Shown here: positions 61,317 through 64,000 of the stretch, piece after piece
Numbering within the stretch: the first letter of the stretch is position 1
Layout of the letters: every line of letters starts with the position of its first letter
Assembly: GCA_022840695.1 (NCBI GenBank)
Contig: JALHDC010000001.1
Coordinates: 84,456-148,455 of the forward strand
DNA: 64,000 nucleotides
DNA from: a bacterium
GTDB lineage: Bacteria > Patescibacteriota > Dojkabacteria > SC72
Reading direction: 5' to 3'
Position numbers and translations under genes: made by a program
The notes under the pieces: generated by a model
Database searches by the model: none
Seen by the model: only the letters and a program-made list of their open reading frames with translations
What the model was told of the DNA's origin: nothing

Positions 61317-63155
61317 ATGAAAATAGCTACTGTACCCAGTAAAAAAAGGAAAGAACTAACCATAATCGCAATACTATTAATTGGAATCCCATTGGTTGTA
61401 TTTGCTACATACCAAGTATACAACCTCATAACAAGAGCATCTGTTGAATCCAAACCTAATAATGTAATACTAAGTAATCTAACAACATCCGCTGTTACTG
61501 TAACTTGGGTTACAGATGTCCCTGCTACCGGATCAGTCATACCAGTAGTTAATAGCAGTGAAAAAAGTCCAGTTATAGACAGTAGAGGTAGTGGAAAAAG
61601 ATATACACACTATGTAGAACTATCTGATCTTGAACAAGATACAGAGTATCAATTCATAATAATATCTGACAGTAAAAAATATACAAGTGAAGGATCTAAA
61701 AATTTCACATTCAAAACTGCTCGTATATCAGCAGATACTCCAACCCCTAACCCTATACATGGGTCTGTAAATGGAGCGAGTGGGAATGATGTCATGCTCT
61801 ATGCCCTTCTAAAAGACAAATCTACATATCCTGTATCTACAGAAATACCAACAGGAGGTAACTGGATAATGGATCTTTCTGCTCTTAGAAAAATATCAGA
61901 TAAATCAATGGTTGTAGTTTCGGATAGTACGAATATTGTAATAATTGCAGTATCAGGATCAAACAAAGGTGCAGTAATAGAGGGATCATATTCTGAACTC
62001 TTTGATAGTAACGGGAAACTTAAGGATGTATATCCTTTAAACATTGGAGAAAATAGTACTCTATATTCATACTTTCCTCCTGCAGCTATGTTAGAGGCAT
62101 ATTCAAGTGGTAATGAAACTCCTGTTACACCAGTAACTCCATCCACTCCAGAAGTAGAAGAAGAGGAAGAAGAAGAAGAGATATTCGATAGAAGATTTAG
62201 AATAATACATCAGCTCAACTGGATAGATATGGTAACTGCTAACGGTAGTGTTGGTACAGGTAATTTTGGAGAATCTACTGTAGATATAGTAAATCTAACA
62301 GATACAGGATTCACAGTATTATGGATATCTGAACAGAAAGAACAGGGCTATGTTCGTTATGGCACATCTCTTAATTCATTAACAAATGATGCTAGTGATG
62401 AAAGAGATGGACTAACAAACAGAGGCTCATACTATGTACATACTGTGTCTCTAAGTAGATTGCAGCCTGAAACTGAGTATTTCTTTGAAATTAAATCAGG
62501 AGATGATACATACGATAATGATGGAAGCAAATACTCGATCACTACATTTGCTACACTAGGATCGCCTCCTCCTTTTGAATCTGTAACTGGTGTAGTTACT
62601 GGAGTTCCCGATCACAAAGAAGCAATAGCCACCGTCTTTATTAAAGATGGAGATGACTCTGGAAGTAAGGGAGAAAGTTTGAAAATGTCCACCTTAATAG
62701 ATGAAAATGGAAAATGGATTCTTTCAATTGGTGGGAGTAGAACAGAAGATGGATCTTCATACTTTGAATATACATCTGGAGACTCACTATATGTAGATAT
62801 TCTAACAACTGTGTCTTCTGATACACATACAGAAAGTATGCAAGGTATATCTGAAAAAGATATAGAAATATCATTAGGAGCAACATCCTCTTCTGTAAGT
62901 TATACTAGAGTTGAGTTACTAGGTAACTACGGAATACTAGGATATAGCTCAGGACAGAATCCTGATTTAGCTCCTAGTTCTAATAATTCTTCATATGAGG
63001 TTACCTCAGGAACAGAGACTCCTAAGACAGGTGTGTTAGATGATGTTGTATACTTAATACTTCTTTCTTTAGGGCTATTAACCACAGGTATTATCATATA
63101 CAGAAGTAATATGACAAAGCCTAAAAGAAAGGGTAAAATGATAGGGAATCTATGA
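61317..63155 (+). CDS. Surface protein with two FN3/PAP-N-like modules and a TPKTG sorting-like signal
   Basis: TM then ITRA; two NLT....TV.W...H.V.L..L...T.Y.F modules; TPKTG, TM and basic tail KPKRKGK. Confidence 0.8.
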   Translation: MKIATVPSKKRKELTIIAILLIGIPLVVFATYQVYNLITRASVESKPNNVILSNLTTSAVTVTWVTDVPATGSVIPVVNSSEKSPVIDSRGSGKRYTHYVELSDLEQDTEYQFIIISDSKKYTSEGSKNFTFKTARISADTPTPNPIHGSVNGASGNDVMLYALLKDKSTYPVSTEIPTGGNWIMDLSALRKISDKSMVVVSDSTNIVIIAVSGSNKGAVIEGSYSELFDSNGKLKDVYPLNIGENSTLYSYFPPAAMLEAYSSGNETPVTPVTPSTPEVEEEEEEEEIFDRRFRIIHQLNWIDMVTANGSVGTGNFGESTVDIVNLTDTGFTVLWISEQKEQGYVRYGTSLNSLTNDASDERDGLTNRGSYYVHTVSLSRLQPETEYFFEIKSGDDTYDNDGSKYSITTFATLGSPPPFESVTGVVTGVPDHKEAIATVFIKDGDDSGSKGESLKMSTLIDENGKWILSIGGSRTEDGSSYFEYTSGDSLYVDILTTVSSDTHTESMQGISEKDIEISLGATSSSVSYTRVELLGNYGILGYSSGQNPDLAPSSNNSSYEVTSGTETPKTGVLDDVVYLILLSLGLLTTGIIIYRSNMTKPKRKGKMIGNL

Positions 63156-64000
63156 GTAATTACAAACAAAAAAACAAGGGAATAAGGTTTATGTTTTTTT
63201 TGATACTTTTTGGGTTTGTAATTGTTTATTTTTCTAAAAACTTTGATAAGGACAAAAACATTTTTGCCTCAAGAAATACCTTAGTAGAGAAACAGGCAGA
63301 AGAATGTAGTACATGTGGAAATAATAATGAGGAACAAATAGTTCAAGAAGAGGATAATTATCAAATTTACTATCTAGATGTTTCTGAGACTGTAGATGTT
63401 TCTGACTACTACAAAGGAGGACAAGTATTAGGATTGACATCCATTAGCTGTGATAACCTTTCTCCTACTAATACCTTGGAATCTGTAAAAAGATTGTGTA
63501 CTCAATCTTCTGATCAGATAGATCATGGAAATTATTCTGATATTATTGGCTCTTCGGGAAGTGGAGTTAGAGTTGGGAAAGATACTTCCTTTGAACTTAC
63601 ATTGGTTACATATCCTTTAGCATTTTGGTTAGGACAGTATGTTCTTGAAAATAGTAATAGGGAAATCAAGGAAACTTCTCCAGAATATTCTTCTAATGGA
63701 CAACAAATAGATTTAAACTATCAAGCTAAAACCCTATCTCCACAGGAATCGGCCCAGTTGGAAGCAGAAGTAACAGGTACAATTAGAAAGGAATTTGAAG
63801 TAAAGGCAATATTAGATGTTCCAGGATCTGATAGGGTTAACGAACAAGATGAGGGAGAATACATTGTTGCAAATGCAGATCATGATCCAAAATGTATGTG
63901 TCCAGATGAGGTTAGTACTTCAGATTATAATGTGGGTATGTCAAATTATATTGCTTCGAATAAGGATAATGGTGGCTATTATAGACAACAAATCCCAGGT
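63152..64000 (+). CDS. TM-anchored Cys-containing exported protein, runs off the window (not in ORF track)
   Basis: ATGA overlap with the upstream gene; 283 open codons MSNYKQKNKGIRFMFFLILFGFVIVYF...GGQVLGLTS... Confidence 0.8.
   Translation, partial: MSNYKQKNKGIRFMFFLILFGFVIVYFSKNFDKDKNIFASRNTLVEKQAEECSTCGNNNEEQIVQEEDNYQIYYLDVSETVDVSDYYKGGQVLGLTSISCDNLSPTNTLESVKRLCTQSSDQIDHGNYSDIIGSSGSGVRVGKDTSFELTLVTYPLAFWLGQYVLENSNREIKETSPEYSSNGQQIDLNYQAKTLSPQESAQLEAEVTGTIRKEFEVKAILDVPGSDRVNEQDEGEYIVANADHDPKCMCPDEVSTSDYNVGMSNYIASNKDNGGYYRQQIPG

Noticed and set aside
63150-63155. Alternative genetic code (UGA = Gly, as in Gracilibacteria/Absconditabacteria)
   Set aside because: Conserved genes are uninterrupted under code 11, and TGA ends the 61317 gene in a normal ATGA overlap.

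Overview
Low-GC chromosomal segment of a reduced-genome bacterium using genetic code 11. Gene content suggests Patescibacteria/CPR, plausibly Dojkabacteria or the Microgenomates side; this is inferred from the short AlaRS and IF2, two-domain ThyX, PrgI-VirB4 module, sortase and many TM-anchored Ig/FN3 proteins. Housekeeping loci: rpoC(3' part)-rpsL-rpsG, rplY, hrcA-grpE-dnaK, groES-groEL, folD-glyA-thyX-dcd, lepA-recF, rpsT, alaS-ruvX-mltG-LCP-holA, dnaJ, nusA-infB, rpsO-pnp, rsmE-rsmF. These are interleaved with envelope and surface genes, a protease-less Lon-type AAA+ ATPase facing a PrgI/VirB4 module, and an XRE regulator beside a SprT-like metalloprotease. No rRNA, tRNA, CRISPR array, transposase or integrase was recognised. 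The main non-coding signals found by eye are five. (1) A family of 78-bp arms with conserved blocks at fixed offsets, forming two ~200-bp inverted elements (2963-3170, 49262-49460) and one solo arm (33877-33954). (2) A CTG(C/T)C box at the Shine-Dalgarno position of six envelope/secretion genes only. (3) Three degenerate CIRCE operators. (4) An identical 17-mer before folD and glyA. (5) Widespread leaderless-type promoters. All calls come from manual motif recognition; no database search was run.
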